64,000 nt of DNA from an uncultured delta proteobacterium (GCA_963735595.1 CAVTLK010000002.1:384001-448000); one strand, 5' to 3'. Positions 34,236 to 46,504 are shown, counted from the first letter of the stretch. Numbers and translations are program-made. The notes: generated by a model not told the origin, from the letters alone.

Positions 34236-35434
34236 ATGAAACCGACCGATTACTCGCACCTGATGAACACCTACGCCCCCGTGCCCGTGGAACTGGTAAG
34301 GGGCCAGGGGGCATACGTCTGGGATTCTTCCGGCAACAGATACCTCGATTTTACCGCGGGCATCGCGGTAACGAACCTCGGCCACTGCCCGCCCCGGGTG
34401 GTCGACGCGATCAAAGAACAGGTGGAGACCCTCATTCACGTCTCCAACCTCTACCGGATCCCCGGGCAGGCCGAGCTCTCCCGGATGTTATGCGAGCACT
34501 CGTTTGCCGAGAAGGTCTTCTTCTGTAATTCCGGCACGGAGGCCATGGAGGCGGCCATCAAGCTGGCCCGGAGAAACGGGATTCAGAAGAAGGGTCCCGA
34601 CTGCCATCGTATCGTCACGTTTGAGGGCTCGTTTCACGGCCGGACCTTCGGCGCAATGACCGCCACCGGCCAAGGCAGAATCCATGACGGCTTCGGGCCG
34701 CTCGTTCCAGGTTTTCGTGCACGTCGCCTACGGCGATCTCTCGGCCGCCGCGTCGGCGGTCGACGAGCGGACCTGTGCGGTTATCGTCGAGCCGATCCAG
34801 GGGGAGAGCGGCGTTGTCGTCCCGCCTCCCGAGTTCCTCCCGGGCCTCCGGGAGATCTGCGACCGGAAGGGGTGTCTCCTCATCTTCGACGAGATCCAGA
34901 CCGGTATGGGCCGCTGCGGGACGCTGTTTGCCTACGAGAGGGCCGGGGTCGTGCCGGACGTCATGACGCTGGCGAAGGGCCTTGCCTCCGGCCTGCCGAT
35001 GGGGGCGTGTCTTGCCGGCCCGCGTGCGCCGAGGTTTTCACTCCCGGTTCCCACGCGTCCACCTTCGGCGGCAACCCGCTCGCGGTCGCGGCGGCGACGG
35101 CCACGCCTCAAAGCGACCATCGAGGACGGGGTGTGTGAAAATTGTCGGGAAGCGGGCAACTATTTTATGGAAAAACTTGAAAAACTTTCGGAAAAATATG
35201 ATAGTATTCGACAGGTGCGGGGAAGGGGACTCATGATCGGCGTAGAGGTGACCGGTAGACGGGAAGGAAATCGTCGAGCAGATGAGAGACAGGCGCATCC
35301 TCGTCAACCTCACCGCCGAGCGGGTCCTTCGCTTCATACCGCCGCTTATTATCGGGCGACCACCACGTGGACGAGGTAATCGCCGACACTGTCGGACGTC
35401 CTTTCCGGAGATTGCCAGGAGGAATGCACAGTGA
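34236..35434 (+). CDS. argD: Acetylornithine aminotransferase (frameshifted)
   Basis: [49 protein letters not shown]. Confidence 0.93.
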
Positions 35435-36372
35435 CCAAGGACTTCCTGAGAATATCACACCTGACGCCGGACGAGGGGTGGGAGATAATCGAGCGGGCAA
35501 AGGACATCAAGACCCGCTATCTGAACCGGATCACCTATACTCCCATGAAGGGCAGGAGCCTCGCGATGATCTTCGAAAAGCCCTCCACCAGGACGCGGGT
35601 TTCGTTCGAGGTGGGGATCTACCAGCTTGGGGGGAATCGGGCTTTACCTGTCGGCGAACGATCTGCAGATCTCCCGGGGAGAGACGGTGGCCGACACCGC
35701 CCGGACGCTCTCGGGTTACGTCGATATGATCATGATCAGGGCGTTTTCCCAGGCCATGGTCGAGGAGCTGGCCCATTATGCGTCTATCCCGGTGATCAAC
35801 GGGCTCACGGACCTGCTTCATCCCTGCCAGGTGATGAGCGACGTATACACCGTCGCCGAGGGGCGGGGGGGCAGCCTCGAAGGACCTAACCGTTGTCTAC
35901 ATCGGCGACGGCAACAACCTGGCCAACTCGTGGATCAACGCGGCGGCGCTCTTCGGGTTCGGCCTCACGCTGGCCTGCCCGAAGGAGCTCATGCCCGATA
36001 GCAGAGATATTCAACACGGGCAAGAAGAAGCTCGGCGACAAGCTGCAGGTCGTCCACGACCCGTTCGAGGCAATGGAGGGGGCGGATATTATCTATACCG
36101 ATACATGGGTGAGCATGGGCCAGGACGCCGAAAGGAAGAAAAAGCTCGACCTCTTGAAGGGATATCAGGTCAACGATGAGCTGGTATCCGCGGCCCCGGC
36201 CGGCGTGAAGGTGATGCACTGCCTGCCCGCCCACCGGGGGGAGGAGATCACCGATGCCGTCATGGACGGTAAAAACTCCATCGTATTTCTGCAGGCGCAC
36301 AACCGCCTTCATGTTCAAAAAGCGATTATGGATATTCTGAGCGAAAGGATGGACAAAATCGGTGAAAAGTAA
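35431..36372 (+). CDS. argF: Ornithine carbamoyltransferase (frameshifted)
   Basis: [27 protein letters not shown]. Confidence 0.95.
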
Positions 36373-37570
36373 CGTAAAGAAAGTCGTGGTGGCCTATTCC
36401 GGGGGGCTGGATACCTCGGTTATTCTCAGCTGGATCAAAGAGAATTACGGCGCCGAGGTCATCGCCTATACGGCGGACGTGGGCCAGGGCGTCCAGGAAA
36501 CGGACGGCCTTACGGAAAAGGCAATCGCCACCGGAGCCGACAAGGTGTACGTGGAAGATCTCAAGGAAGAATTCGTGAAAGATTTCGTCTTTCCGATGCT
36601 CAGGGCGAACGCCATCTACGAGGGGACGTATCTCCTCGGCACGTCGATCGCCCGGCCCCTGATCGCCAAGCGCCAGATCGAGATCGCCCGAAAAGAGGGC
36701 GCCGACTCCGTCTGCCACGGCTGCACCGGCAAGGGCAACGACCAGGTACGTTTCGAGATCGCCTACCTCACGCTGGAGCCCCATATTAACATCATCTCCC
36801 CCTGGAGGGAATGGGAGTTCACCTCGCGCAAGTCGCTCATCGATTACGCCCGCGAGCGCAAAATCCCCATCACGGTGACGGCCGAGAAACCCTACAGCAC
36901 CGATCGCAACCTCTTTCATATGAGCTTCGAGGGAGGCATCCTCGAGGACCCCTGGGCGGCCCCCCCATCAGACATGTTCATGCTGAGCACGTCACCCCAG
37001 GATGCCCCGGATAGAGTCACCACCGTCGAAATTGAGTACGACCGGGGAAACCCGGTGGCGATCGGCGGCAAGAAGATGTCGGCCGCCGAGATACTGATCT
37101 ACCTCAATAAGGTCGGCGGAGAAAACGGAATCGGCAGGGTGGACATGGTGGAGAACCGCTACGTCGGCATCAAGTCCCGCGGGGTCTACGAAACCCCGGG
37201 CGGCACGATCCTCCATGCGGCCCACCGGGCGGTGGAATCGATCACCATGGACCGGGAGGTAATGTACCTCCGGGACGGGATGATCCCGGCCTATACCCGC
37301 ATGGTTTACTTCGGATACTGGTTTTCCCCGGAGCGCGAGATGCTCCAGAAGGCCATCGACGAGTCCCAGAAGAACGTCTCGGGCCACGTACGGCTCGATC
37401 TCTATAAAGGCAACGTCGTCGTCTCCGGCCGGAAATCGGACCAGACGCTCTATCACGGGGGATTTGCCACCTTTGATGAGGACGAGGTCTACTCCCAGCG
37501 GGACGCCACCGGCTTTATCCGGCTCAATGCCCTGAGGCTTCGAATCAAGGCCCTCATGGGCATCGAATGA
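36362..37570 (+). CDS. argG: Argininosuccinate synthase
   Basis: [32 protein letters not shown]. Confidence 0.98.
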   Translation: MKSNVKKVVVAYSGGLDTSVILSWIKENYGAEVIAYTADVGQGVQETDGLTEKAIATGADKVYVEDLKEEFVKDFVFPMLRANAIYEGTYLLGTSIARPLIAKRQIEIARKEGADSVCHGCTGKGNDQVRFEIAYLTLEPHINIISPWREWEFTSRKSLIDYARERKIPITVTAEKPYSTDRNLFHMSFEGGILEDPWAAPPSDMFMLSTSPQDAPDRVTTVEIEYDRGNPVAIGGKKMSAAEILIYLNKVGGENGIGRVDMVENRYVGIKSRGVYETPGGTILHAAHRAVESITMDREVMYLRDGMIPAYTRMVYFGYWFSPEREMLQKAIDESQKNVSGHVRLDLYKGNVVVSGRKSDQTLYHGGFATFDEDEVYSQRDATGFIRLNALRLRIKALMGIE

Positions 37571-37596
37571 CGACCGTATAGTAAGGACACGCCGTC

Positions 37597-38982
37597 ATGA
37601 AGAAACCGTGGGCAGGCAGGTTCAGGGCCACGACCGATAAAAGGGTCGAGGAGTTCACCGCCTCCGTCGCCTTTGACCGGCAGCTTGCAGCATACGACAT
37701 CGCCGGCAGCATCGCCCACGCGCGGACGCTGGCGCGGGCGGGGGTGCTGACGGCCGACGAGGCCGACCGCCTTGAGCGGACCCTCACCCAGATCGGCGCC
37801 GAGATCGAGGCCGGCACCTTTACGTTCCGGGACGACCTCGAAGACGTTCACATGAACATCGAGGACGCCCTGAGGCAGCGGCTGGGGGACCTGGGAGGCA
37901 AGCTCCATACGGGACGCAGCCGCAACGATCAGGTCTCGGTCGATACGAGGCTCTTTGTCAAAGAGAGGGCCGGGCGGGCAATGGACGGGCTCAAGCGGCT
38001 CAGACTGGTTATCCTGGATCGGGCCGAACAGCACATCGGCGCGGTCATGCCCGGATATACCCACCTCCAGCCGGCCCAGCCGGTGCTGCTGTCTCACTGG
38101 CTGTTGGCCTACTGGGAGATGTTTCACCGCGACGCCGCCCGGTTTCGGGCGGCCGGAAACGCCGCCGACGTATCCCCCCTGGGCTCCGGGGCCCTGGCCG
38201 GGGTGCCCTATCCCCTTGACCGGGATTATACGGCCGGCCTCCTGGGCCTTTCCGGCCCAACGGCAAACAGCATGGATGCGGTCTCGGATCGGGATTTTAT
38301 CCTCGATTTCCTCTTTGCCGCGGCGGTCACCATGATGCACCTCTCGCGGCTCTCGGAAGAGCTGGTCATCTTCTCGACGGCCGAGTTCGGCTACGTTATC
38401 CTCCCGGACGGATACGCCACCGGATCGTCGATCATGCCGCAGAAAAAGAATCCGGATACCGCTGAGCTCGTCAGGGGAAAGAGCGGCCGGGTTTACGGCG
38501 ACCTGATCTCTCTCCTGGTCACGATGAAGGGGCTCCCGATGACCTACAACCGGGACCTCCAGGAAGATAAGGAACCGTTGTTTGACGCCGCGCGGACGGT
38601 AATCGATTGTCTCGGCGTTACCGCGGGGATGCTGGCCGAGATCACGTTTGACACCGACCGGATGAACCGGGCGCTTGCGAAGGGATTTGTCACCGCAACG
38701 GACTGTGCCGACTATCTGGTCGGCAGGGGGATGAACTTCAGGGAAGCCCACGAGACGGTTGGGCGGATTGTGGCGCAACTCGAAAAAGAGGGAAAGGGAT
38801 TTGAGAGCCTTTCCCCGGAGCGTCTCAGGGAATTCTCGGCGCTGTTTGACCGGGACGTCATCCAAATCCTCACGGTCGATTCGTCGGTTCAGGCCCGGTC
38901 CGTCTTCGGCGGGACCGCGCCCAGCCGGGTGGCCGAGATGATCGAGCGCGCAACGGCCGTCGAAAAAGAGGATACGCCATAG
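37597..38982 (+). CDS. argH: Argininosuccinate lyase
   Basis: WAGRF, HTGRSRNDQ, GSSIMPQKKNPD. Confidence 0.98.
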   Translation: MKKPWAGRFRATTDKRVEEFTASVAFDRQLAAYDIAGSIAHARTLARAGVLTADEADRLERTLTQIGAEIEAGTFTFRDDLEDVHMNIEDALRQRLGDLGGKLHTGRSRNDQVSVDTRLFVKERAGRAMDGLKRLRLVILDRAEQHIGAVMPGYTHLQPAQPVLLSHWLLAYWEMFHRDAARFRAAGNAADVSPLGSGALAGVPYPLDRDYTAGLLGLSGPTANSMDAVSDRDFILDFLFAAAVTMMHLSRLSEELVIFSTAEFGYVILPDGYATGSSIMPQKKNPDTAELVRGKSGRVYGDLISLLVTMKGLPMTYNRDLQEDKEPLFDAARTVIDCLGVTAGMLAEITFDTDRMNRALAKGFVTATDCADYLVGRGMNFREAHETVGRIVAQLEKEGKGFESLSPERLREFSALFDRDVIQILTVDSSVQARSVFGGTAPSRVAEMIERATAVEKEDTP

Positions 38983-39055
38983 CCGAAAGAGGGGCCGCTG
39001 CCTGACCGGGTGGACGGCCGGCCCGATAGTCGATATTGATAGCTATTCAAGACAG

Positions 39056-39523
39056 GTGATTACCATGAAAAAAAGTGTCTTGCTGCTTTTCATAACGGCC
39101 CTCTTCCTTGCGTCCTGCGGGCTCAAGGCCCCCCCCCTTCCCCCGGAAGCGGTGGTCCCCGAGCGGATAGAAGACCTGAAGGTAAAGATGATCGAGGGCG
39201 GCGTCACCCTTAAATGGACCGTTCCGACGACCAACACGGACGGCACGGCGCTGACCGACCTCGTGGGCTTCAAGGTCCTCAGGAAAGACGTTCCCGACGA
39301 AGACGTGGACTGTCCCCCCTGTACGGGTGAGTTCAACGAGATCGCCGACTTTACCGTTTTGGTCCCGGGAAAGGCGGTCATTTCCGAAGGAGCCGTGCTC
39401 TTTTCCGACACGTCCCTGTCGCCGTTTGTCAAGTATACCTACGTCGTGATCTCCTACAACTCGGCCGGAAACTTCAGCAGGACCTCGAATGACATGACTG
39501 TCTCGCTGACGAGGGTCAAGTGA
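39056..39523 (+). CDS. Lipoprotein with FN3-like domain (LppL/LptM-like N-terminus)
   Basis: Lipobox LASC followed by GLKAPPLPP; CPPC motif; lies between argH and lysA. Confidence 0.75.
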   Translation: MITMKKSVLLLFITALFLASCGLKAPPLPPEAVVPERIEDLKVKMIEGGVTLKWTVPTTNTDGTALTDLVGFKVLRKDVPDEDVDCPPCTGEFNEIADFTVLVPGKAVISEGAVLFSDTSLSPFVKYTYVVISYNSAGNFSRTSNDMTVSLTRVK

Positions 39524-40762
39524 ATTTCTTCACCTATCGCGGCGACGAGCTGGCGGCCGAGGATATCCCGTTAACGGAGCTTGCGCGGGAGGTAGGCACT
39601 CCCGCGTATATCTACAGCAAAAAGACCCTAGCCCACCACTTTCGGGTCTTCGATGACGCGTTCGGAGGGCTACCCCACCTGATCTGTTTTGCCATGAAGG
39701 CCAATTCGAACCTCTCGATCCTCAAGCTCTTCATCTCCATGGGGGCGGGGGTGGATATCGTTTCGGGTGGAGAGCTTTTTCGGGCGCTCACGGCGGGCGT
39801 CGATCCCGGAAAGGTCGTCTACTCGGGGGTCGGGAAGACCCACGAGGAGATCAGGCAGGCGCTGGCGGCAGATATCCTGATGTTTAACGTGGAGTCGTTC
39901 CAGGAGCTGGGAGTTATCGACGAGATCGCCCGGGGGATGAACAGGACGGCCAGGATCTCCGTCAGGGTAAACCCCGACGTCGACCCCAAGACCCACCCGA
40001 AGATATCAACGGGCCTCAAAATCAATAAATTCGGCATAGACATCAAAAAGGTAGTCTCGGACTATGAAGAGGCGCAGCGCCTCAAAAACATCGAGGTCGT
40101 CGGCGTCGATTGTCACATCGGCTCCCAGGTAACGGAGCTGGGCCCGTTTATCGATGCCCTCGGTAAGCTCAAGGAGCTGGTCGTGACCCTCAGGGAGCGC
40201 GGCTTTTCCATCAGGTATCTCGATTTCGGCGGGGGGCTCGGGATCACCTACAAGAACGAGGAGCCGCCCGATCCCTCGTCGTACGGACGGGCGATTGATG
40301 AGATCGCCGGTGACCTTGGGGTGACCTTCGTGTTGGAGCCGGGCAGGGTGCTGGTCGGAAACGCAGGCATCCTTTTGACCCGGGTGCTCTATACTAAAGA
40401 GGCCGAAAAGAATTTCGTTATCGTGGACGCCGGTATGAACGACCTGGCCCGGCCCGCGGTCTATGATTCGTACCATGAGGTGGTGCCGGTCATCAGGCGC
40501 GAGGGAGATGCCGTACAGGTGGACGTCGTGGGGCCCATCTGCGAATCAACGGATTATCTGGCCAAGGATCGACGCCTCGCGGGCATCGAGCGTGGCGACC
40601 TTCTGGCCGTAATGAGTGCGGGGGCCTACAGTTTCTCGATGTCCTCCAACTACAACTCCCGCCCACGGGCGGCCGAAGTGATGGTGGACGGATCGTCATA
40701 TCGAGATCATCCGGCAGCGGGAGCGGTACGAGGACCTGATCCGCGGCGAGACTACGGCCTGA
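39520..40762 (+). CDS. lysA: Diaminopimelate decarboxylase (C-terminal frameshift)
   Basis: FAMKAN, HIGSQ, EPGR, GPICESTD, SNYNSRPR. The shifted end reads YEIIRQRERYEDLIRGETTA*. Confidence 0.96.
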
Positions 40763-40826
40763 TTATATTTACTGTACGACGAAACCGGGGCAGAAAACCT
40801 GTGTCAAAAGACACAGAGGATGACGT

Positions 40827-41657
40827 ATGAAGGAAATTGAATTCTATAAGATGTCCGGGGCGGGCAATGACTTCATCCTCGTGGATAACCGGACCGGAGT
40901 CTTCGATTTCCCGGACGTGGGATCGGCCGTCCGCAGGCTATGCCGCCGAGGGATGTCGGTTGGGGCAGACGGCCTTATCCTCATTGAAAAGCCTGATCGC
41001 GAGGGGATCGATTTTCGGTGGCGTTTCTTCAACGCCGACGGGTCGGACGCCTCCATGTGCGGCAACGGGGCACGCTGCGCCGCGCGCCTCTCGTTTCTGC
41101 TGGGCATATCGGGCGGCTCCGTCTCGTTTCTTACGGGGGCGGGGATCGTGCGGGGTCGGGTGGATGATTCGGGGCGGGTCGAAATCGGGATGACCGACCC
41201 CGGTCCCGCTTCCCTGGACCGGGAGATGGTTGTTAACGGCGCGGCGATCGCGTACGACTTTATCGATACGGGTGTGCCGCACGCCGTTATCACGGTCAAC
41301 GACGTGAAGCTGTTCGACCTACAGTGCCTGGGGCCGAAGATTCGCCGTCACGAGGCATTCGCCCCGGACGGCACAAACGTAAACGTCATAGACATTTCGG
41401 ATAACGGCATAATCCGAATACGGACGTACGAGCGAGGGGTTGAAGCCGAGACGATGGCCTGCGGGACGGGGGCGGTGGCGGCGGCGGTGACCGCCTCTTT
41501 AAGAAAGAGCGTCATTCCTCCCGTGACCCTTGTGCCGCCTTCGGGCGCGGCGCTCGTCGTTCGATTTCGACAGACGCCGGCCGTCACCGATGTCACGCTG
41601 GAAGGCGACGCCCGGCTGATATATCGAGGAACGTTGAATCCTGAGGCATTGGATTAG
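40827..41657 (+). CDS. dapF: Diaminopimelate epimerase
   Basis: GAGNDF, MCGNGARC, GVPH, ERGVEAETMACGTG. Confidence 0.97.
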   Translation: MKEIEFYKMSGAGNDFILVDNRTGVFDFPDVGSAVRRLCRRGMSVGADGLILIEKPDREGIDFRWRFFNADGSDASMCGNGARCAARLSFLLGISGGSVSFLTGAGIVRGRVDDSGRVEIGMTDPGPASLDREMVVNGAAIAYDFIDTGVPHAVITVNDVKLFDLQCLGPKIRRHEAFAPDGTNVNVIDISDNGIIRIRTYERGVEAETMACGTGAVAAAVTASLRKSVIPPVTLVPPSGAALVVRFRQTPAVTDVTLEGDARLIYRGTLNPEALD

Positions 41658-41669
41658 TGGAGTAGAGAC

Positions 41670-42542
41670 ATGTTTACCGGAGCCTTTACCGCCCTGGTGA
41701 CCCCCTTCAAGAAGGGGGCCGTCGATTACGATGCGCTGGCCGACTTGGTCGAATTCCAGATTACCGAGGGGATATCGGGGCTGGTGCCCTGCGGGACGAC
41801 CGGTGAATCGTCTACGCTCTCCCACGAAGAGCACCACCGGGTCGTGGAGTTCGTCGTCAAACAGGCGCGTGGGAGAGTGCCGGTCATCGCGGGAGCCGGG
41901 TCCAACTGCACGGCGGAGGCCGTGAGCCTTGCCGCCCACGCCAAACAGGCGGGCGCGGACGCCGCGCTCCTCATCACTCCCTACTATAATAAACCGACCC
42001 AGGAGGGGTTATTCCTCCACTTTGCAGAGGTGGCCCGCCAGGTAAAGATCCCCATTATCCTCTATAACGTCCCGGGCAGGACCAGCGTAAACATGCTGCC
42101 GCAGACCGTTGCGCGGCTTTCAACCATAGGCAACATCATCGGGATTAAGGAGGCCACGGGGGACCTCCGACAGATATCCGATATCATTGAGTTGGTCGGC
42201 GACGATTTTGTTATCCTTTCCGGGGACGATTTCACGACGCTGCCGATCCTCTCGGTGGGCGGCAAGGGGGTTATCTCCGTTCATTCCAACGTGGCCCCCA
42301 GGGACGTTACCGAGATGGTGACCGCCTATCTTACCGGAGACCGGGCGCGTTCAGCGAAGCTCCATTACCGGTTGCTGCCGCTGGCCCGCGCGATGTTCAT
42401 CGAGACCAGCCCCGTTCCCGCCAAGGCGGCGCTCGCGCTGATGAAGAAGATGGAGCCGGACGTGCGGCTTCCGCTGGCTCCCCTGTCGGAGGGGGGCATG
42501 GTTATCCTCAAGAAGGTGCTGAAGGACTACGGGTTACTATAG
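41670..42542 (+). CDS. dapA: 4-hydroxy-tetrahydrodipicolinate synthase
   Basis: GTTGES, TPYYNKP, YNVPGRT, IKEA. Confidence 0.97.
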   Translation: MFTGAFTALVTPFKKGAVDYDALADLVEFQITEGISGLVPCGTTGESSTLSHEEHHRVVEFVVKQARGRVPVIAGAGSNCTAEAVSLAAHAKQAGADAALLITPYYNKPTQEGLFLHFAEVARQVKIPIILYNVPGRTSVNMLPQTVARLSTIGNIIGIKEATGDLRQISDIIELVGDDFVILSGDDFTTLPILSVGGKGVISVHSNVAPRDVTEMVTAYLTGDRARSAKLHYRLLPLARAMFIETSPVPAKAALALMKKMEPDVRLPLAPLSEGGMVILKKVLKDYGLL

Positions 42543-42836
42543 ACGGCCGGGAGACCGAGGCGTCCCCAGAACCGACGGCATGGCGGGGACAATCCGGGGG
42601 CGCGCACCTCGGGGAACGGCCGCACTGTCAACCGATAAAGAGCACGCACCGGTAAAGAAGCGCAGCACGGACGCAGTACCGTCCGAACCGGCTCCCTACC
42701 GTCGGAGCTTGCCCGTCACCTCGCCAAGGCCGCCCGGCCGTTATCCATGAGGCCCTTTTTCGGTATATTTTTTTGTCCTCATCGGGTATACTAATACCAG
42801 CACTATCTACTTTCATCTTCAAAGGAGAATACGGGA

Positions 42837-44666
42837 ATGCCCGCCGAGAATATCGGGAAGAAATTCTCACCCTGGTATATCGTCCTGATCATCGCCGTCG
42901 TCTATTTGGCCGCCACTTTACTGATGCAGCCCGGCACGAAGGAGATTACCTACAGCGAGTTCCGTCGATACGTGGCCGAGAAACGGGTAAAGGACATCAC
43001 GATATCCGACACCGAAATCGCCGGCACGCTCATTACCGGCAACAAGAAGAAACCGCAGGAAACGCCGTTCGTCACCATCAAGGTCGACGATCCCGACCTG
43101 GTGAAGCTCCTCAACGACAATAAGATCACGTATGCCGGCAAGGCCCAGAACACCCTCCTGCTGCAGATCCTCCTCTGGGTTCCGCTCTTCATCATCCTCG
43201 GGGTCTTCTGGTTCTATCTCATGCGAAGGTCGGGCAGGGGCCCGGACTTCATGTCGGTGGGACGATCCAAGGCCAAGATATATTCCGAGGACCAGGTAAA
43301 GATCAATTTTAAGGACGTGGCCGGAGTGGACGAGGCGATCGAGGAGCTGAGCGAGGTCATTGAGTTTCTCAAGAACCCGGAAAGGTTTCAGCGCCTCGGG
43401 GGCAAGATACCCAAGGGTATCCTCCTGGTCGGCTCTCCCGGAACCGGCAAGACACTGCTTGCCCGGGCGGTGGCGGGCGAGGCGGGCGTGCCGTTCTTTT
43501 CCATCTCCGGCTCCGAGTTCGTGGAGATGTTCGTGGGGGTGGGCGCCGCCCGGGTGCGCGACCTCTTCTCCCAGGCCCAGCTCAAGGCCCCCTGCATTAT
43601 CTTCATCGACGAGCTGGACGCGCTCGGCAAAGCGCGGGGTCTCAACCCCGCCGGCGGCCACGACGAGCGGGAACAGACGCTCAACCAGCTCCTGGTCGAA
43701 ATGGACGGGTTCGACGCCCGTAAGGGGCTTATCCTCGTGGCCGCCACCAACCGCCCGGAGATACTCGATCCGGCGCTCCTGCGCCCCGGCCGCTTTGACC
43801 GCCACGTGCTGGTGGACAAGCCCGACAAGAAGGGCCGGCTGGACATCCTGACGATCCACTGCAAGGACCTCGTCCTGGCCAAAGAGATGGACCTCGAGAA
43901 GATCGCGGCCAAGACCCCCGGCTTTGTCGGGGCCGATCTGGCCAATATCGCCAACGAGGCGGCGCTGCTGGCGGCGCGTCGCGGCAAGGACGCCGTCGAT
44001 CAGGAGGACTTCGATGAGGCCATCGAGCGGATCGTGGCCGGCCTTGAAAAGAAAAACCGGCTCATGAAGCAGGAGGAGAAGGAGCGGGTCGCGTACCACG
44101 AGGTGGGGCACGCCATCGTCGCCTCGATGCTTCCGGGCGCCGACCCGGTGGAGAAGATATCCATTGTACCACGCGGGATCACCGCCCTCGGCTATACGCT
44201 GCAGCCGCCGACGGAAGACCGGTACCTCATGACGGTGACGGAGCTGAAGGGGAAGCTCGCGATGCTCCTGGGCGGACGGGCCGCCGAGGAAATCGTATTT
44301 TCCGAGGCTTCTACCGGGGCCCACAACGACCTCATGAAGATGACCGACATCGCCCGGAGAATGGTCAAGGAATACGGGATGAGCGAAAAGATCGGGTTGG
44401 TGACCCTTGACCGCGGCCCGACCGGATACCTGGGCGTGGATATGGAGGCGCCTCCCGACTACAGCGACGATACCTCCCGGGAGATCGACAGCGAGATCAA
44501 GCGGATGGTTGACGAGGCCCATAAGATCGCCACTTCCATCCTGACCAGGGAGATCGACCGGCTGCACGGGATGGCCCGACGTCTTCTCGAAGTGGAAGTG
44601 CTGGAGGGGGACGAACTGAAACGGCTACTTGGGAAAGAACTTAAAACCGAAACCGCACCGGCGTAG
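42837..44666 (+). CDS. ftsH: ATP-dependent zinc metalloprotease FtsH
   Basis: 2 [29 protein letters not shown]. Confidence 0.97.
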   Translation: MPAENIGKKFSPWYIVLIIAVVYLAATLLMQPGTKEITYSEFRRYVAEKRVKDITISDTEIAGTLITGNKKKPQETPFVTIKVDDPDLVKLLNDNKITYAGKAQNTLLLQILLWVPLFIILGVFWFYLMRRSGRGPDFMSVGRSKAKIYSEDQVKINFKDVAGVDEAIEELSEVIEFLKNPERFQRLGGKIPKGILLVGSPGTGKTLLARAVAGEAGVPFFSISGSEFVEMFVGVGAARVRDLFSQAQLKAPCIIFIDELDALGKARGLNPAGGHDEREQTLNQLLVEMDGFDARKGLILVAATNRPEILDPALLRPGRFDRHVLVDKPDKKGRLDILTIHCKDLVLAKEMDLEKIAAKTPGFVGADLANIANEAALLAARRGKDAVDQEDFDEAIERIVAGLEKKNRLMKQEEKERVAYHEVGHAIVASMLPGADPVEKISIVPRGITALGYTLQPPTEDRYLMTVTELKGKLAMLLGGRAAEEIVFSEASTGAHNDLMKMTDIARRMVKEYGMSEKIGLVTLDRGPTGYLGVDMEAPPDYSDDTSREIDSEIKRMVDEAHKIATSILTREIDRLHGMARRLLEVEVLEGDELKRLLGKELKTETAPA

Positions 44667-44690
44667 ACGCCGACGCGGGGGCGGTGAGCC

Positions 44691-44717
44691 AAGGGGCGGA
44701 GACAGCCGCCCCTTTTT
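44691..44717 (+). terminator. Intrinsic terminator after ftsH
   Basis: AAGGGGCGG/CCGCCCCTT stem plus T run. Confidence 0.65.
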
Positions 44718-44728
44718 ATGTGAGCGCA

Positions 44729-46008
44729 ATGGAGTTTAATCTTACGATACAGGGACTTGCCGCGGGCGGCTGGGGGGTGGGACGCCACGACGGCAAGGTC
44801 CTCTTTGTCCCCCTCACCGCACCTGGAGACGTCATCCGGTGCGCGGTTGCCGAGGATCGGGGGCGTTTTGCCTTCGGAACGCTCGTGGAGCTGCTTTCTC
44901 CTTCACCGGCGCGGGTTGCGGCGGCCTGCCCGGTCTTCGGGCGGTGCGGCGGCTGCCAGTGGCAGCACATCGGCTACGAGCGGCAGCTTGAGGCAAAGCG
45001 GGATATCCTTGCCGATGCCCTGGAGAGGATCGGGCATCAAAAAGAGGCGGCGGTTTCCGCCGCGGTCGGCTCGCCTCGGCCGTACGGATGGCGGGCCGCG
45101 GTCGATCTGGCGTTCGATACCGGCGGCGCGGATGTACGGCTTGGTTTTTATGCCCCGCGCGGATCGGAGATCGTCCCGATTACGGGATGTCCCGTTGCCG
45201 CCGACGAGATCAATGCGCGGATCGCGCGCCTTGCCGAGGCGATCGCGGCCGCTCGCATCGGGAAGGCCGGGGAGATCAGGCTCGTGGCCGGTATCGACAA
45301 CCGGGTCGCGGGCAACCTCATACTGAAAAGATCGGCGACCGAGAGCCGTCGTCAGGCCGAGCGGCTGTGCGGGGAGGCGGGGCTTTCGGGTCTCGAGGTT
45401 ACGACGCCGCGTGGTTGCTGGTCAGTCGGGGACCCGGTCGTCACCTATCCCGGCTGGGACGGGACCGGGCAGGCAAGTCTCTTCTGCCGGGCCTCCGGAT
45501 TTGTCCAGGCAAATCCCGATGTTAACCGTGAGCTGATCAACCGCCTCATTTCATTTGACATCGCCGGCAAAGACGTCCTCGAACTATACTGCGGGATCGG
45601 CAACCTGACCGTCCCGATGGCCGCGGCGCGCGCACTGGTGACCGGCGTGGAGGCGTCCCGGACGTCCGTGGAGGACGCCGGGAAGACCGTGGAGGCGATG
45701 GGGCTTACCGACGTTAAATTCATGACCGGGAAGGTGAACGCTGTCCTCTCGGAACCGGTCGATCAGTCAGATGAGAGTGGGACGTGATCGTCCTCGATCC
45801 GCCCCGTACGGGCGCGCGGGCGGTCGTGGAGCGGATATCGGATTTCACGGTCGACGAGATCATCTATATCTCCTGCTCGCCCCCGACGCTGGCGCGGGAC
45901 CTCTCGGTCCTGACAGAGCAGGGCTGGCGGCTCGTTTCGGCCGTACCGCTGGATATGTTCCCCCAGACGTTTCACGTAGAGACGCTCTGCCGGTTGAAAA
46001 GGGTATAG
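44729..46008 (+). CDS. rlmD: 23S rRNA m5U methyltransferase, TRAM/RlmD family (frameshifted)
   Basis: TRAM domain, CPVFGRCGGCQWQH, FVQAN, LYCGIG, LDPPRTG, YISC, DMFPQTFHVE. Confidence 0.9.
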
Positions 46009-46029
46009 GTCGGCGGGTCGGCAGCTTAC

Positions 46030-46380
46030 GTGGAGGAGGCGACCACGCGGATATGGGACGTGCCGGTCGATCAACTGTGTAAAAATCACCTGCTGGGGGA
46101 GCACCGGGAGCTCCATGCGGTCTGGAACATCATCACGCTCGGAAAGCGAGGGTACAGCACCCATCCCGAGACCAAACGATGGGTCGGGAAGCTCGCCGCT
46201 CTCCACCGCCGTCACGAAGAGGAGGTCATCGAGATAACACGGCGGGGCTGGCGGCACGAGAGCCCGCTCGACGAGGGTCTGGCGACCGGGCGGACGGTCC
46301 AAGACTCCTTTGTCACTACTATCCCGGAGCAGCGGCGTATCCTCACCGAGCGCCGCTGCGGGTGTTTTAGGGGGGAATAG
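46030..46380 (+). CDS. Pyrimidine-dimer DNA glycosylase / T4 endonuclease V-like protein
   Basis: RIWD...LCKNHLLGEHRELH, GY..HPET.RW, RRG..H.SP. Confidence 0.8.
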   Translation: MEEATTRIWDVPVDQLCKNHLLGEHRELHAVWNIITLGKRGYSTHPETKRWVGKLAALHRRHEEEVIEITRRGWRHESPLDEGLATGRTVQDSFVTTIPEQRRILTERRCGCFRGE

Positions 46381-46504
46381 TGGAAGCGGTGGGATAGATA
46401 CTCGGTCAAACAGATACGGGGCGGGGCGCGTTTTCCGCCGACTTTTATTGCCAAACGATTGCCATCTGTGGTAGAGTGAGGCCCTGTTGTAACGGGCTTT
46501 TTTT

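Noticed and set aside
42543..42760. Nested stems (CCGAGG/CCTCGG, GTCCCC/GGGGAC) after dapA as an ncRNA
   Set aside because: No recognisable RNA-family motif, and 6-bp GC stems are expected by chance here. An Rfam/Infernal search would settle it.
46481..46504. Hairpin plus T-run just before the por gamma ATG as an attenuator
   Set aside because: The stem is weak and bulged, and the predicted promoter (46448-46477) would start transcription inside it.
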